Shown here: piece after piece, positions 35,405 through 50,104 of the stretch
Numbering within the stretch: position 1 is the first letter of the stretch
How the letters are laid out: each line of letters opens with the position of its first letter
Assembly (NCBI GenBank): GCA_965644265.1
Contig: OZ286465.1
Location: 80,600,001-80,663,845 of the forward strand
DNA length: 63,845 nt
Direction: 5' to 3'
Source: Glycera tridactyla
Lineage: Eukaryota
Position numbers and translations under genes: made by a program
The notes under the pieces: model-generated
Told to the model about the DNA's origin: nothing
What the model saw: only the letters and a program-made list of their open reading frames with translations
Databases searched by the model: none

Positions 35405-36460
35405 CATTACATTGATCCATGAGCTCAGTTCAATAATTGAGAGTGTGTTTAAACCAAGTGAGTGGCTTCAAATGTGCACGAGGCCTGATCAAAGAGGGAA
35501 TTCAGTGGAGACATTGATCCATGAGCTCCGTTCAATAGGTAAGAGTTTAAACCCAGAGATTGGCTTCGAAGGTCAACTTTCGTGCACTGAGCCCTGATCA
35601 AGGGAAATATTGAACAAAGACATCGATCTGTGGGCTCACTTCAATATTTCAGGGTGTGTTTATATCCAGAAAGTGGCTTCCAACGTCAAGTTTCGTGCAC
35701 TGAGCCCTGATCAAGGAAAATATTCAACGGAGACATTGATCTATGAGCTCAGTTCAATAGGTCAGCGTGTTTTTCACCCCAGAGAGTGGCTTCCAACGCC
35801 AAGTTTCGTGCACTGAGCCCTGATCAAGGGAGAAACCCAACGGAGACATTGATCCGTGAGCTCAATTCAATAGTTCAGGGTGTGTTAAAACCCAGGAAGT
35901 GGCTCCCAATGTCAACAACCGTGCACTGAGCCCTGATCAGGGAAAATATTCAACGGAGACATCGCTCCATGTGCTCACTTCAATAGTTCAGGGTGTATTC
36001 AAAACCAGAGAGTGGCTTCAAACATGCACGGAGCCCTGACCAAAGAGAAGATTCAACAGAGACATTGATCCATAAGCTCGATTTAACAGTTTAGGGCATG
36101 TTTAAACCAAAAAGGTGGCTTCCAGCGTCAAATTCCGTGCACTGCGCTCTGATCAAGAAAGAAATCGAGACATTGATCAATGAGCTCAATTCAATAGTTC
36201 AGGGTGTGTTTAAACCCAGAGAGTGGTTTCCAGCATCAGGTTTCGTGCAATGATCGCTGATCAAGGAAAGTATTCAACGGAGACATCGAACTATGAGCTC
36301 AGCTCGACAGTTCAGGGTGTGTTTAAACACAGAGAGTGACTCCCAACGCCAACTCCTGTGCATTGAGCGCTGATCAAGGAAAACATTCAGCTCAATTCAA
36401 TAGTTCCGGTTATGTTTAAACCCAGAGAGTGGCTTCCGAAGTCATGCTTCGTGCACTGCC
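35405..36460. repeat. Diverged 113-bp tandem satellite, ~9.5 copies
   Basis: Anchor GCACTGAGCCCTGATCAA at 35476, 35584, 35697, 35810, 35923, 36026, 36139, 36247, 36360 and 36453 (spacings 108, 113, 113, 113, 103, 113, 108, 113, 93). Confidence 0.95.
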
Positions 36461-36828
36461 ATTATCAGTCGGTGGCACCGTATCCGATAAGCCCTCGTCT
36501 CTCTCTATACGTCGATGTTTGTGTCGGTAATGCGTGGATATGGCTGCGGCTGGCCCCGTGGCTAGTGAATGCCGAGTGGCGATAAGTCCTCAGTAGTACC
36601 CAGGGGAGGTGGTGGCTTGCTGGATCAGTCTCGACCCAAGTTTACAGTCCCGGGCCACACATTGTCTCGGATAATGATGCTGGAATGATCTTGACAGGCG
36701 CTGATAGACTAGGAAGTTGACGTTGATGCATATAAATGAAGTATGTCAAAGAAAATGGCTGAAAACTTTATCCACTCTACTTGATATGCCTTCCAGGTTA
36801 GATGTCACAGCATGTGACAGCAAAGAAC

Positions 36829-36883
36829 ACCTGTCTACAAAAACCACTTGCCCATGCGACTGGAAATGGACTTTTTAGACAGG
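36829..36883. mobile_element. Short degenerate MITE-like inverted repeat
   Basis: ACCTGTCTACAAAAACCA ... TGGACTTTTTAGACAGGT inverted pair resembling the MITE TIR cores. Confidence 0.45.
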
Positions 36884-37198
36884 TATCACGGTATGCGAAT
36901 AATCACAGAAAATTCAAAGCTTGATTCAATCAAGAGACATTCCATGTTAGCTTTGAAGTGGCGTTATCGATTTTTTTCTTTTCGAAAAAAGAATAGAATT
37001 GTGAAACTACTTTGAAGAATGTGTCCCGATTCATCTTTTACATTGCACGACTCATCCTACGAATAGGAGCGCTCTCGAGCAATATTAACAAATCGGACAT
37101 ACATTCCATTTGTGACCTTGGAATGAATTTGACTTTCTCACTCTATTGAAGGAATGGATAGCAGTGAGTGAGTGGCATTCATCAGTCAAAACAGTCGA

Positions 37199-37500
37199 AC
37201 TGATTGATTGATTGATTGATTAATCAATTAATTTATTAATTAATTGATTGATTGATTGATATGTCTTGTCAACAGCACCTGGGGTGCATTATATGCTCAT
37301 GCAAACAGCATCGTGGCATCTCCCTGTGCGTCCCGGTGACAGGGAAAATTTTATGAAATGTCACTTTTCCCACCCCGCCCCCATTTGGAGGTTATTGGAC
37401 CAGAGAACACGAACATTAGAGAAGACCCTTCACCGCTGGGAGATTAGATATTCCTTTCATCTCAGGAGCAATGGACTCACAGATAGTTACTGAGTGTGGA
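37199..37500 (-). mobile_element. Possible decayed SINE with a (TCAA)n tail
   Basis: (GATT)n tract 37199-37260 followed by a GC-richer body; a tRNA-like head is not convincingly visible. Confidence 0.25.
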
Positions 37501-38175
37501 TTCTATAACTGTCAACCCTTACTAGAGTCCTGAAGGACTGCTCTGGTTCATCACATACCTGGTGGGGCAATGTGTTCATGTGTTGAAGTACATTCTTCAA
37601 ACATCTGAGAAGCTTTTTCGATGTTTGCTGATGTTCGCGCTGGAATATGTTAAATGTTTGGCAGAAGTCATTGATATTCATCACAATAGGGGCTGCACTA
37701 ATGTAAGAATATTGATGTGTCTAATGGACTGTAATAAAACCCTGATAACTGCTACACACTGGCTGTTTATGGGGGCCTCGCCAGCGGATGCGTGTTGGCG
37801 GCTTATGCTATCGATTGCCCAATGTGTGAATGTATTCATTTTTTCGAAGTTCCATTTATGTCACGTCCTTAAGTGTATGTTTATAGCTGCTCTATCATAT
37901 GTGTGTGGTCATCGATTTCTGATGACAACCACGTTGCATTCACAATAGACCACTATAAAACACAGAAATGCGATCGCACCTAGTATGGCTGGTTGTGTGA
38001 TCTTGCACTGGGAAACTCATGAAAGAGGTTGTCAAATGTGTGTCTGATATATGCAAAAACTGCTGATAACAGGCCATAATGAACACAGATGCGTGATGAA
38101 ATAATGGGAATCGCCCCGAGTCACGCCATTTGAAACTCGATGAGTATATGTTGCAATTCTGCACCGATCTTCACA

Positions 38176-38580
38176 TCATTGCACTGTAACTGAACTGCAC
38201 TGCACATCACTGTAATGTACTACACCCTTCTGCACTGGTCTATGGTGTATCGAACTGTACTGCGCTGCACTGCAATGCGCTGCACTGCATCGAACTGTCC
38301 TGCAATGTACTGTACTGCACCGTGCTGTACCATACTGTAGTGTGTGCTGCTGTACCTCACTGTGCTGCACTGTGGAGTAGTTCAGCACTACTCTCCATGT
38401 ACTGTGACGTACTGCATTGCACTGCTGGTAGTCTGCACTGTTCCATACAACATCTCACTGTACTGCACTGCATCTGACTACGCTGCACCCTTGAGTGATG
38501 TGCTCTCAACTGTACTACATGAAACATTTCAATGCTGGACTACACTGCATTGTACTGTACTGTACTACGTTGTTCTTACA
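38176..38580. repeat. Decayed pentanucleotide (ACTGC/ACTGT)n repeat
   Basis: Dense TGCAC/TGTAC/ACTGC words over ~400 bp. Confidence 0.85.
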
Positions 38581-39349
38581 TGTCTTGATTTGACGCTAGT
38601 ATTAACAACCTTATGATAATGATCATGATCATGGTCAAATTTGTTCACATTTCCTCCGACATGCCTGGCGCCTCACATTCTTGACTTGAAACTGGACTGG
38701 AACATTGATTTGGGAGATCCGCTCTCCAGAAAAGAGGCTATCAATTCCATACTAGAAGATTTAGATTCACACTTCGGATTAAAATATGACATACACATAC
38801 TGCTCTGTAAATTTGAACAGGGTGTCAACTCATCTCGGTACCTGTTTTATTATTTGCATCTGTTCATGCAATTAAGAAAATAGATAAGATAAGAATATGA
38901 TATGATAAGATAAGATTTGCTTCCCACCTGTGAATACTGTGCATCTTCTGTGGGCCAGACAGTTTGAAATGCAGTATCATGCACCCATGTATACCCTCGT
39001 TAAGTTTGGAGGAGTGAATAGGGTCATGCAGCGAACGAGAGTTGGGACGACTCCAGGGTAGGACAAACTGCACCTTCCTGATGTGAAGGGCGACACACCA
39101 GAATTCAGATCCTTGGGACCTAATTATATAAAAGTTACATTTCTGCATATTTGACTATCATATATATATAGCTGTTGGAAAGTTGGAACTCGGAGTTTTT
39201 AGATGCATGAAATGACATTCTCCCCTGGTCGCATCGCATGACTTATCATAGAGATTCTTGAGCCTGTCTTTCTTTCGAATATTGCCGAATTGAAAGGTCA
39301 AAAAGAGGCCATTATGCTGGTCTGAAATGGTTCATTTTGAGATCCAGAT

Positions 39350-39600
39350 TTCGAACAGAAGGTTGTTCAGGGGGTTATGTCTGATCGGGAGGCAAAGGCA
39401 TGTCGCGGTGTATTCATCAAGAAAGGTCGGAAAGGGACATCACTCCGACCCATCAGTTATCTCAGACTCACAAAGGATATCCATCACGTCTTCCCAAGAA
39501 AACATTAACAACCCCACCCTCCGGAGAACCGCCTTTTCGAGCCAACTGTCTACTAACACAGAGCACAACGACTGACTAATACCCACATACAAAGGTGGTC
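39350..39600 (+). pseudogene. Possible decayed CR1-group RT fragment
   Basis: GVMSDREAKACRGVFIKKGRKGTSLRPISYL resembles G.VP.DWK.A.V.PI.KKG.K....YRPISL; in another frame, FRANCLLTQ resembles GFR..RSC.TQ. Confidence 0.4.
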
Positions 39601-42600
39601 CATTGTCCGAGATGCAGTTCGAGTGTCGGAAACTCAACATTACCGATAATATGTTCTGAAATGTTCAAATGTTGCATATTACTTTACATAGTAACATTCT
39701 TCTGTGCCCTCCCTCTCACTGAAAGATTGGATCATTTTCTGATTTCTGTGCACATGAAGAGGATCTTCGTGATGGTGTACTGAATCGGTACATGCCCCAG
39801 GTATATCCTGCGACATTCCTATGTCGCTAGTGCTAACATACCCACCCATCCCGGCCCATATGTAGCACTAATCTCGGCTTTATCCAGGACACTATACAAA
39901 AAACCGGAGAATTACACACTCGGCTACTGCCTTCATAGTCCATGTTAGCACTAGTATCAACGTACGTCCTAGGGGGCTAGGCTTAATGTACTATTATGTG
40001 GGCATCTCTGCTGCAACGGTCTCCCATGTTGTACGACTCATCATCTAATTGCATATGTTGGGATATATGTAGCACGTGGCTTCCCATAATTTACAATATC
40101 AGGGACGTAATCCATCTCTGTTCGTTTGTTTCTCACTTTCACTTTATTATGTTATCAACCTCTTTGAATAGATGAAACGTCACTTTTGTCATTTGACCTA
40201 AGTGCATTATGATTACAGTTGTCAACAATTTCTTCGTTCATGTGATTGGTCACCAATGGTTATATTTAACATTTGAGATATCTAGAATCGTAATTTGATC
40301 AGAGTCTAGTCTTGAATCAGCCAGTGGACTATTTGCACCTCACATCAGATTGGGAGATCAGGAGATCAAACCAAAAGCCAACCCCTTCATCAATCTATCT
40401 ACGTGTACTTGATTCTGCAAAGTAGCGAAGCATTCATACTTGATAATCACAACTCGAGTAGAGGTATTTGGGTCCGTTGCCAGGTGCACTCCATGAAAGT
40501 GAAACAGCCCCATACCGGTAAGCTGGCACTGAAGTCGGCAAATCCACCTTTTCGCCCGTTTTCCTCATTTGATTGGCAGGTAATCTATTTATTGCTTCGG
40601 GCCAGTTGCCCTACTAACTAGAAGAAGTGATTGACATCTAGTGGAATTTGGCCGGAATGAGATAACGACAGCACGGTGTGTTTTCACCACAGTGGGCAGG
40701 TACCCACTCCCAGTCTGGTTCATCACCATTGTCAGCCAGATTGGCCCTGTTATTTATTTCAACAACTAGCAGAGGTTCTATCATTTGATTCAGCAAATGA
40801 ACTCTTGCATTTATTCCAGCGAATGAGCTCTGTGATTTTTTTCAACAAATGTGTTTTATTTCAGCTAATGAGCTCTTATATCTATTAAAGTCAATGGAAT
40901 CTAATAACGATTTCAGTATATTATATTTCCAGCTGAATGTCTTTTATATAATTCATACTGACACATAGGAGGACATCAGCAAAGAGAATACAATATGGAT
41001 CATGGTGTGTGTCATTTTCAACATTTGATGGTCCATTTCTATGTATGGATGTATATAACCGCATTCTTGAATTGAATATTGAATATCGAAATGGTCATTG
41101 TGTCAACACATTAGACTGCTGTAGACTTACATATCTTATCTGCCTTTTTCATCACTTCTTCATACATGTTATGCACCTGTATATATGTTTGCATTCTCCT
41201 TTTAATGTTTGTACTCTTACTAAGGCGAAATGGTCATTTTTGACCTCCCATGCCAGAGTTCAATAAAGATTTTCAATTCGAATCAATTAAGAGTGAATCA
41301 GTGGGTGGTTCTATCATTCCTCTGTTCTGATTGGATGAATATGAAGACCCAAAAATCTCATTTATGTACAGGCCAAGTAACTTGTAAACCAACACTCATG
41401 GTTGACACAGAGAATTTCGGTGAGTGGAACAATTTGAACGATGACTATTGGAAATTTCTCAGAATGAGAATCGTTGGTGGATAAGACCATCAAGAACGGG
41501 TGTTTTCTGAGTCTGATGTTCTCCCACTCTCACTCATTCTGAATCAATGAAAACAGGAAATGGATGTGATCTGCATAAATCATAAAGCAGCAGATGTCTC
41601 CTGTAATTCGATTTGTTCATGTTGTGCTGATGCTTCTGCAGCTGTCGGACAGATGTTTTTGTCTGGTACCAGTCATTTGTCATTAATCAATCACACGAAT
41701 ATGTTTTGGTATTATTCACAGCAACTTCTGCTCTACTCATTATGGATGGCTACAGATGAAGCCTGGACATAATATGTAGTTTGGGCAGTATTCGCACTGA
41801 TTACAGTTGATGGAGTAAGTGATGAATTGCATCATTATGTGATATGCATAGCAGCCATTGAACGTGGAATGAGCGCTATAATAGGGGAGTGGTGCAATTT
41901 TCCTCAGTGTCGGTGGCAGCACAATAATGAAGACAGAAATTCAAACGATGACAATTGTCAGCCTCTCATTATTCACTGACCACCTGTCACAATCCTCTTA
42001 TTCTCTGAGACAACGATGATATCAGAAGATTAGCTGGACACGACTTTGTCATTTGTGACGAATGCGAAAGTCATCAGAGCCATTCTCCCATACGCCACAA
42101 GTTGAGTGTTGGCTTTGATGGCTGTAATATATTTGTTGGTGGAAATTTGGTAGTTTTACTCGATGGGTACTGGCATCCTATATATTTCATCAACTTATGG
42201 GAGGGAGTACCGTCACCCCACTTCTTAAATAAGTAACAGTATATTATTGTGGCGCGGAGATCAGATGGGTGATCAAAATCATCAAGCTCGACGATCTAAA
42301 GCAGTCGGTTGATGATGTCAAATCGATCAACGTATCCAGATGATTTCATCATCGCAATGTGGATATGTTTGAGACTCGGAAATGATCATCATCATACTAT
42401 TCATCCTATATGGGAATGTTCGGTACTATTTTGGAGGATAGCTTCTTTTGGCTATATTCTCAAATCCTCCGTCTGAGTATCACTTCAATATGACACATGG
42501 TTCAACCTTAATAATATGTTCGCTGCAGGTAAAACCGATGACTGGGAGCTCGCCTATTAGAGTTCATCTGAGCCAATGATATATGATCTGTCAAACAGTT

Positions 42601-44088
42601 ACAACACCAGATTCACAAGACTTTATAAACGTTTTATTGCGACATGTATTGGTATAACACATTTCCATTTAACATGTTGATATACATCAACATTTATTAC
42701 GTATCATGTCCTCTTACAGAGTCAGCATTCTGTCTGAAGATATCGCGAACCTTGGATGTTACACTGTCAGATAAAAACAATCAGAGATTTATTGATCTGG
42801 CATTTTAAGGCCAGATATCGCATCCACGTTTGTCATCGCTGCTAAGGATGACCCTAGGCCACCGTGAATTTCTGAGACACTGGATCTGATTGGGACAATA
42901 AGGAGTGCAATCGGCTACGCAATCGTAAAATTGAAAAGTAGTCATCATTTCCTGCTATTGATACCATTTGCAAAGTCGAATTAGTAGGAATCAAGATTTT
43001 ATCTGAACTGAGCGGCGGCTTGAACTGATATTGAGTGTTCATGGCTGAAAATTAGGTCTAGTAGTCCTTTACTTGGCTGAAGCTTATATTGTCAGTGATA
43101 ATGACCTGAAAATTCCCCCCTTCGATGCATGTCTGAGACAGGAGCACACAATTTTGTCTGACGAGATTGAATATTCCACCTCTTCTTTCCAAAAAACAGA
43201 ATTTTTGAGATAAATTGGATTTTGTGTTCCGGAAGTGATTGAACTCAAATTTAGGGAGGAGGGTAGATTGAAGACGGAATCCAACACGAGATGGCAGGCA
43301 TGTTCAGGTGGTTCTTCTCTATCAGGCTTTCGATTAGGGATGAATAGTTCTTGGCCATGCCTTACTATTAGGCTAAATAGGGCTACCGTGAGGGCTCCCA
43401 ACCACAAGCGTGATTAAGATCATTTTGATGGATTCCAAAGCCTATGTGTTTGTCAAAATTGACGAAGCATATATCTCTGATTGAGAACTGATCTTGCTTA
43501 CCGTCATCTGATTTTAGAGTAAGTATAGGGCCTATCTGAGAAAGAACACTGCATCAATTTGGAGGGAAGATACTTCATTTCTCACTTGACGGGTTTAGAC
43601 GCACTGTCAAATCCCTTGCAATCAAATGAAACTACATAACGGGAAAGAGACGCCTCTAATAGCGGGATGGAGATATTGATTATACGATATGGCATCTGAT
43701 GTCATCTAGCCTTGATACATATGCTCTGATTCTGATAGCGATTAAACAAAGATGCCGCCTCTGTTGCAGCGAGTGGCTTAATTTCACAGACAAATGGACA
43801 TGACGGTCGGATAATGGATGTTTGTGGGGATGTGAATATATCGATTTAGATTGGCGAATAGATGGAATTCAATTTGCCTGCCGTTGGCAACACATTAAAC
43901 GGGAGATTGGGGCAGCCTATCTGACACGCAATGATAAGTCAGTATCGTCAGGCGAAGAATCTATCTCCGTGCTTCAGATCAATCCTATTCTATTCTGATC
44001 TCTTATGCTTTCTCTGTGGGCTGCGGTATCATTTCAAGAAATCAGCTACTGTCTGTAAAATCCACTTGTGATATACACGTTTCAAACG

Positions 44089-44130
<42 letters not shown>
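44089..44130. repeat. (CTAT)n microsatellite
   Basis: Perfect tetranucleotide run. Confidence 0.95.
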
Positions 44131-44131
<1 letters not shown>

Positions 44132-44342
44132 CCTACACGCCAATTGGTCAACTAATTGACGATTACAGGGATTTGATTGACGCTCAAATTCCTCATCTGA
44201 TCATGGTTTTGATGATACCACTGAATTGCAGAGCACCTCTGATGACCTTTGGGCGTTGTCATCCAGATTATCGGCACCTCCTTGGAAAGGAATCGCAATC
44301 GTTTTTTCACATCCATATGGTTAATGCTGGTGGAATAACATA

Positions 44343-44435
44343 CAGTCGAACCTCGCTATGAAGACCACCCGCAGCGGTGGCCTTTATATAGAGGTTGTCT
44401 TTATAGAGAGGTGATCTTTAGAGGAGGTTCGACTG
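44343..44435. mobile_element. Tc1/mariner-type MITE (93 bp)
   Basis: TA at 44341-42 and 44436-37; perfect 12-bp TIR CAGTCGAACCTC / GAGGTTCGACTG. Confidence 0.88.
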
Positions 44436-47400
44436 TATGTCCAAAATGGGGTGTCACAAAACCATTGCTTCGTAGATAGGAAGGGATTAATTTGACTTTG
44501 AAGTGACATGTCGTTCGGTCTTCGGCCCAAAAGCGAGAAGAGTTGCGTTTCGGATGGCTTTAATTGCCCAATTATCCGAATTTCCAGATAGGTGGAAATA
44601 ACGCTTATTATCAATATCACGTCACTTCTCAGTGGGAGATCCTTTGGCATTCAGTCTAGACTGCTTTCCAACTTCATATTCGAGGTCGACGAATGGTCTC
44701 GACAGATCGTTGACGTGTAATATATATATTATGTATAAAATTTGATTTTTAATCTCCACAGAATTTTTTCTCAGATCCATCAAAATGACAGCACTATTGT
44801 ATCGTTCTGCTGTTGAGAGGACGGTGATGTTTATTGTCTTTGTACAATCCACATATATTGGATAACTGTTTGCCGTGCTCGTGATAAGAAATCGTCAGTC
44901 CCATTAACGATAGGATATGCTTCTGTAGTGTATATGATGAACGCTGAAACACGGGTATATGCCATTTAGGCCCTCGCCACAAAGTTTATTGAGACTCGCT
45001 CCACTCATCATCATGACTTTTTTCACCGTAATTATCATACATTGCTGGTATTCATCATGACTGATGGTCCTTATTACTGATTATTGTTATACCAAGATAT
45101 CACCATGTACTGCCACATATTTACTCAGCAGGTAGAGTTGAATCATCTATCTACTAACACAATTTCATACAAACACCAAAATCGCTATGCACATCAGTAT
45201 TTTTGTATATATTCATAATCACGTGTGGGAAGTTGTGACTCCAATTGAGTTACATGAAGTTTGTACATTTATATGCTCAGACAAACCCGGTGGCGAGGGA
45301 GTTGTGTTTGGACATCTCCTACCATGTTTAACCAGCTTTTGAATCATTCAATTCCAGGGAATACCCGATCACCAGATAGATAATTTCTGTCCATGTTTTT
45401 TTCATAATCAACATGAATATTCAAAGGAGACAATTACCTCAGTGGCGGAAACTGGATAATAGCCATCGGAAGATGAATGATATAACTGTCAAGTTTTCCG
45501 ACATCACGGAGTTTGTTAACAAAAACTACCAGACACGGAAAAAATGTAGTGCTGATGAAGCCTCGTCACGAGTAATCAATGTATTTCACCGAGTTGGCAC
45601 TTTGTTGAACTGTCAAAAGAGCAGGAAAGCCAATTTAGTAACTGATTATAAACGGTGGTGGATCACGTTAGTGATTTGTGCAGAATATTTGTCCAGTTAC
45701 AAAACCATCATGGGCATCTATTGATATCACCACTTATGATATCCTGAGATTTCTAAGCTTAACTTTCTCAAGGTGGATTTCTCACGATAGGCTTGTCTTC
45801 AGATGTCCCTTGATGTTCGGAAGGACTTTGGCGCTAATCGAGTTATATTGAGTGAATCACCCAAAATGATTACATCTGGTATATTTTGGTAAGATTTGAC
45901 GCCTAGGCATATCCGCTTCTCACATCATGGTCTGACTGGAAATCATGGGGCAAAGAACACTGGGACAAACAGAAATGTAAAAGCACAAAACTACCAATCT
46001 TATGCCCCAACTCCAAGTAAACAGGCATACTCCGCTTTGTTCTAGAGGCGGAGTTTGCAAATGCTTGCCCAATGAGAGAGTGTCAGTTTTGTGGCGAAGC
46101 AGTATCACTGTGAATATTGAATGTGGATTTTTATCATGTTTTGAGATGCAGGTGTTCCTCAAAATGCTCCAAAATCTGCTTTGGCGCCCTTGTCTAGTAT
46201 GTGGCGATATCTAATGACGACCCGAACAGGGAATCAACTTCACGAAGCTCCTTCTGATTTTACGCTTTGACCCTTCCATTTTCAACATCGCTGGAATCCC
46301 GGAAATTATAATTCGCAGAGTTGCGCACTTCTGTCTTGTTATTAGGATGCCCCAAGCTTCTCATTCGGAACTTTTCTGTGATTTGGTTGATTGGCTGGTT
46401 GGTTGGCTGGTTGGTCACTGCTTGGTTTGTGTTGAACGTGATGCAACCAATAAGAATGTGCATGCCGCCTGTGAAAATGAAACCGTGTGCACACGAAAAC
46501 CTTGCTCCGATGATTATGAAACAAATGAACAACATTTTATATTGAAATGGACGGGGAATGATAGACATTTGCCATATATGGCTCATCTCCGCGTCGAGAT
46601 ACCGAAGTCTCTGCGTTATATTCTATCTTGGTTATGATCAAGTTCACTCTGTGGATTTTTCAAGTGAGATGACCTTATAGAGCACAGCGTGCTTTATTCT
46701 CATCATTCTGGGGCAGTGACCAGTCATATATCAAACCATCATTTTTAGGACATGTCAGCTAAACTTCCTTACCATCAAAGTTGCTACTTCTATATCATGA
46801 CAGATCATCAGTTGGTGAATGATTACGACGGGAAAATGAATGTTTTTCACAGATATGCACTCTATTATCACCAATCTGCCATCACCAATCTGCGGTCGTC
46901 AACATTTCAAACCATGGACTGTTATCTGAGACGTGAGGAATAGCCAACAGTCAGACCTGCTCGAGGGCCCACCTTTGTACAAGGACTCCCGCTTGGATAG
47001 GTCCGCCTGATCGGTGAATGTGATGGTATTGTTAATACTTGGAACATCACCATAGAACATCACCGGACGATTAAAACCAATTTCACAGTTTGGTTGCTCT
47101 GTAAATATGATTTTTACGAGTGCGAATGCATCAAATTCCCTATTGGAATAAGGATATAACTTCCGAAAGAAGTATTCGGCTAAATATATACTACAGACTT
47201 GAGTCACATACTATATCCCGCTCTTTTACAATTGGCCAGTCATTGTGTGCCTAGTTTGTACTGGGAATTTTGCAACGGGCGGAGATATCAAATGTTCTCA
47301 AAAATGTCACATAATACCACATAATATCTCAGTCACGGAGAACATACAAATTTCAGGAGATCACAGGTGAAAATATCAAGTGATGCTCATGATAGTTTTG

Positions 47401-49834
47401 ATAACAGGATTGAACCATAGTTGAGTTGAAAAGATGAATTAAGCGAAAAAGAACTTTAACGTGAAGATGCCATTATTGTGTTGGCGGGTTTTCCTCATCG
47501 GTAGCTTTTATTCATGATCATGCATGAAATTAGGTTTATTCGATTAATCACTGATGAGGCTGTTTAGGTGACGACCAATGGCATGATTCTTCGAAGATGT
47601 TCCACAGCATCCTGTCTAAATCAATGTTATTGTTATCACCTGTATCGCTTTCAACATCTACTTCCTTCCACGCTCCTTTTTGCGTATGCTTGCAATTTAA
47701 CTCCATGGGGTCACAATACTTTTGCATTAAATAGAAGTGTCGTTTTGATTATACTATGATGCACGAATGAAAACGCTGTAGTGAAAACGCGGTGGTGAAG
47801 TAACATACAGAGCCATTGGAGTACGCATCAATGCCGATCCCATGAAATGAGATATATCCGTTCTCTTATTATTTAGTTCCATAAAACTCACATAAAAACT
47901 TCCATCAATGGTGATTCAACCCATTAACACGGAATCAATTATAGCAGAGATCCCGTCGGCCTGCTTTATCATTCCGGTCGATTAATGGTGATGATGAGCC
48001 TTACATTCAGATGCGATTAAATTAGTCTGACTCTTGGGATGTATTCTGCCCAGATAGCTTAATATACATAGAATCAACTTTTAGTGTCCACAGGCTCAAC
48101 TGTCGGATATTAACATGTGTGAAAGACGGGAATTCTCTCTATCAGAGATGAACGGCCCAGCCTAAATGAATGATGAAAAACACAGAGAAACAAGTACTAT
48201 GGCCAAGTTCACTTTGATCATTGTTGATGCTATGCTAGATCAGTTGAAATGTGCCTCTTGACCTCCGAATAATATTCAGTGGACTACGGCAGACTATCGT
48301 GTTTCGTGATGATCTAAAGTGTTCTATTCGACTACAATTGTACGTTCCCATTTCAAAGTATGTACGTGACTATAGCCATCTTTGTAATTTTGATCATGTG
48401 GTTTAGCCTAAAGTGATCCCAAATGGCTCATTCAGCCGGACATGTTCATGATTTTTTCTTGTGAAGCACTGTGAAGCTAAGGAAGTATTCGACCATTCAA
48501 TAGTGCATGCGAGTTCCTGAGAAGTAGATGGGGGTTTATGAGTATGGGACATACCAGGATACCTGTGTTATCTGTCATTACATTGGTATTGACCTTCGAG
48601 TCATCTACGTTTTCCTGAAAGTTATTGTAATCTACCAGATCAAACCAAGAGATTCCTGAAAATAAAGACACTGATTGGAGAGTGTAACTCAGGTGGTAGT
48701 CCGTCACTATGAATCTCATGTGAGATTCTCTCACGTTTATTATCTCCTCCTGCCCATCAAGCCCTTGTACCTAGCTATCCTAATCATCAAGCTGTAACAG
48801 CCCCATGGGTCACATGACAACCAAAATGCAATCAGTTCCTAGTCACCGTCTGATTGGTTCCTATTCACAGGCTTGGCGTACAGTGGTGCCAATAACTAGA
48901 TCCTAAATAAGGCCAGGGATATTGCGATGATGTGGTATCAAAGAGGATTGACTCCAACGTCTTCCAGTGCATTCAATTTGTTTCAGTGTCAATGTTTACG
49001 CAGAATTCAGTACAGGCAATTTGTGAGAAAGTGGCATGTGTTTGTACGACACTGGTTAGAATTCAGCCGTGAACAGTCGTGAAATGGGTGATGTTGGTTG
49101 TTCCAACAATTGGCTCGTAGTTTGGTGAATTTAGGCGAAATTCCCCACCATTATCTGACGGGTGGTATCCCTTTTCATCAAAAAAAGAGTCATTTATTCA
49201 TGCCTTTTGATACTCCGTTCACCCGCCAGAAACGAATATTTGAGTCACCTCCTTTATTNNNNNNNNNNNNNNNNNNNNNNNNNNNNNNNNNNNNNNNNNN
49301 NNNNNNNNNNNNNNNNNNNNNNNNNNNNNNNNNNNNNNNNNNNNNNNNNNNNNNNNNNNNNNNNNNNNNNNNNNNNNNNNNNNNNNNNNNNNNNNNNNNN
49401 NNNNNNNNNNNNNNNNNNNNNNNNNNNNNNNNNNNNNNNNNNNNNNNNNNNNNNNNNNNNNNNNNNNNNNNNNNNNNNNNNNNNNNNNNNNNNNNNNNNN
49501 NNNNNNNNNNNNNNNNNNNNNNNNNNNNNNNNNNNNNNNNNNNNNNNNNNNNNNNNNNNNNNNNNNNNNNNNNNNNNNNNNNNNNNNNNNNNNNNNNNNN
49601 NNNNNNNNNNNNNNNNNNNNNNNNNNNNNNNNNNNNNNNNNNNNNNNNNNNNNNNNNNNNNNNNNNNNNNGTCATCTTCGGTAGCAGCAGGACCAGCACC
49701 AATACCAGGACCAGCACCAGTAGCAGCAGAGTCAGCAGCAATGACAGCTCCCTCTTATTCATCAGCAGCAACAGTATCAAAGTTGGTAGTAGTGGTACTA
49801 TTAGCAGTAGATGCAGCATTAGCACTCGAAGTAA

Positions 49835-49895
49835 TTATTGTTGCTGTTGTTGTTGTTGTTGTTACTGCTGCTGTTGTAGTTGTTGTAGTCATCAG
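49835..49895. repeat. (TTG)n-type low-complexity repeat
   Basis: GTTGTTGTT runs, preceded by GCA/GTA-rich decay next to an N-gap. Confidence 0.8.
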
Positions 49896-50104
49896 CATTG
49901 CGTACACCCGATTGAGAACTGTATCATGAGATTGAAGTCGTTTTGTTTCACTCATCCAAGAAAGACGAGCGTGAAGACCTTTATCACATGGATGTGTCAT
50001 TTTCAGTGAAGTCATTTTCAGTAGGTGTTGAGTATTGCGTGTGTTACTTCACAGCTGGGCGAGGACTACTTTTTGACAATTTCTCCCTTAATCCATGTGA
50101 AAAA

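Noticed and set aside
35584-35696. 113-bp unit as a retrozyme monomer
   Set aside because: The core reads CTGATCA rather than CTGANGA, and no hammerhead fold can be drawn.
2521-36460. CRISPR interpretation of the 51-bp, core/spacer and 113-bp arrays
   Set aside because: Eukaryotic context, no cas genes, and either no spacers or spacers that are related low-complexity sequence.
39327-39575. 82-aa ORF as a terminal host exon
   Set aside because: No homology recognised; another frame fits a decayed RT better.
47535-47580. Hammerhead-like CTGATGAGGC preceded by the GATTAATC palindrome
   Set aside because: No GAAA after the putative stem II and no stem III.
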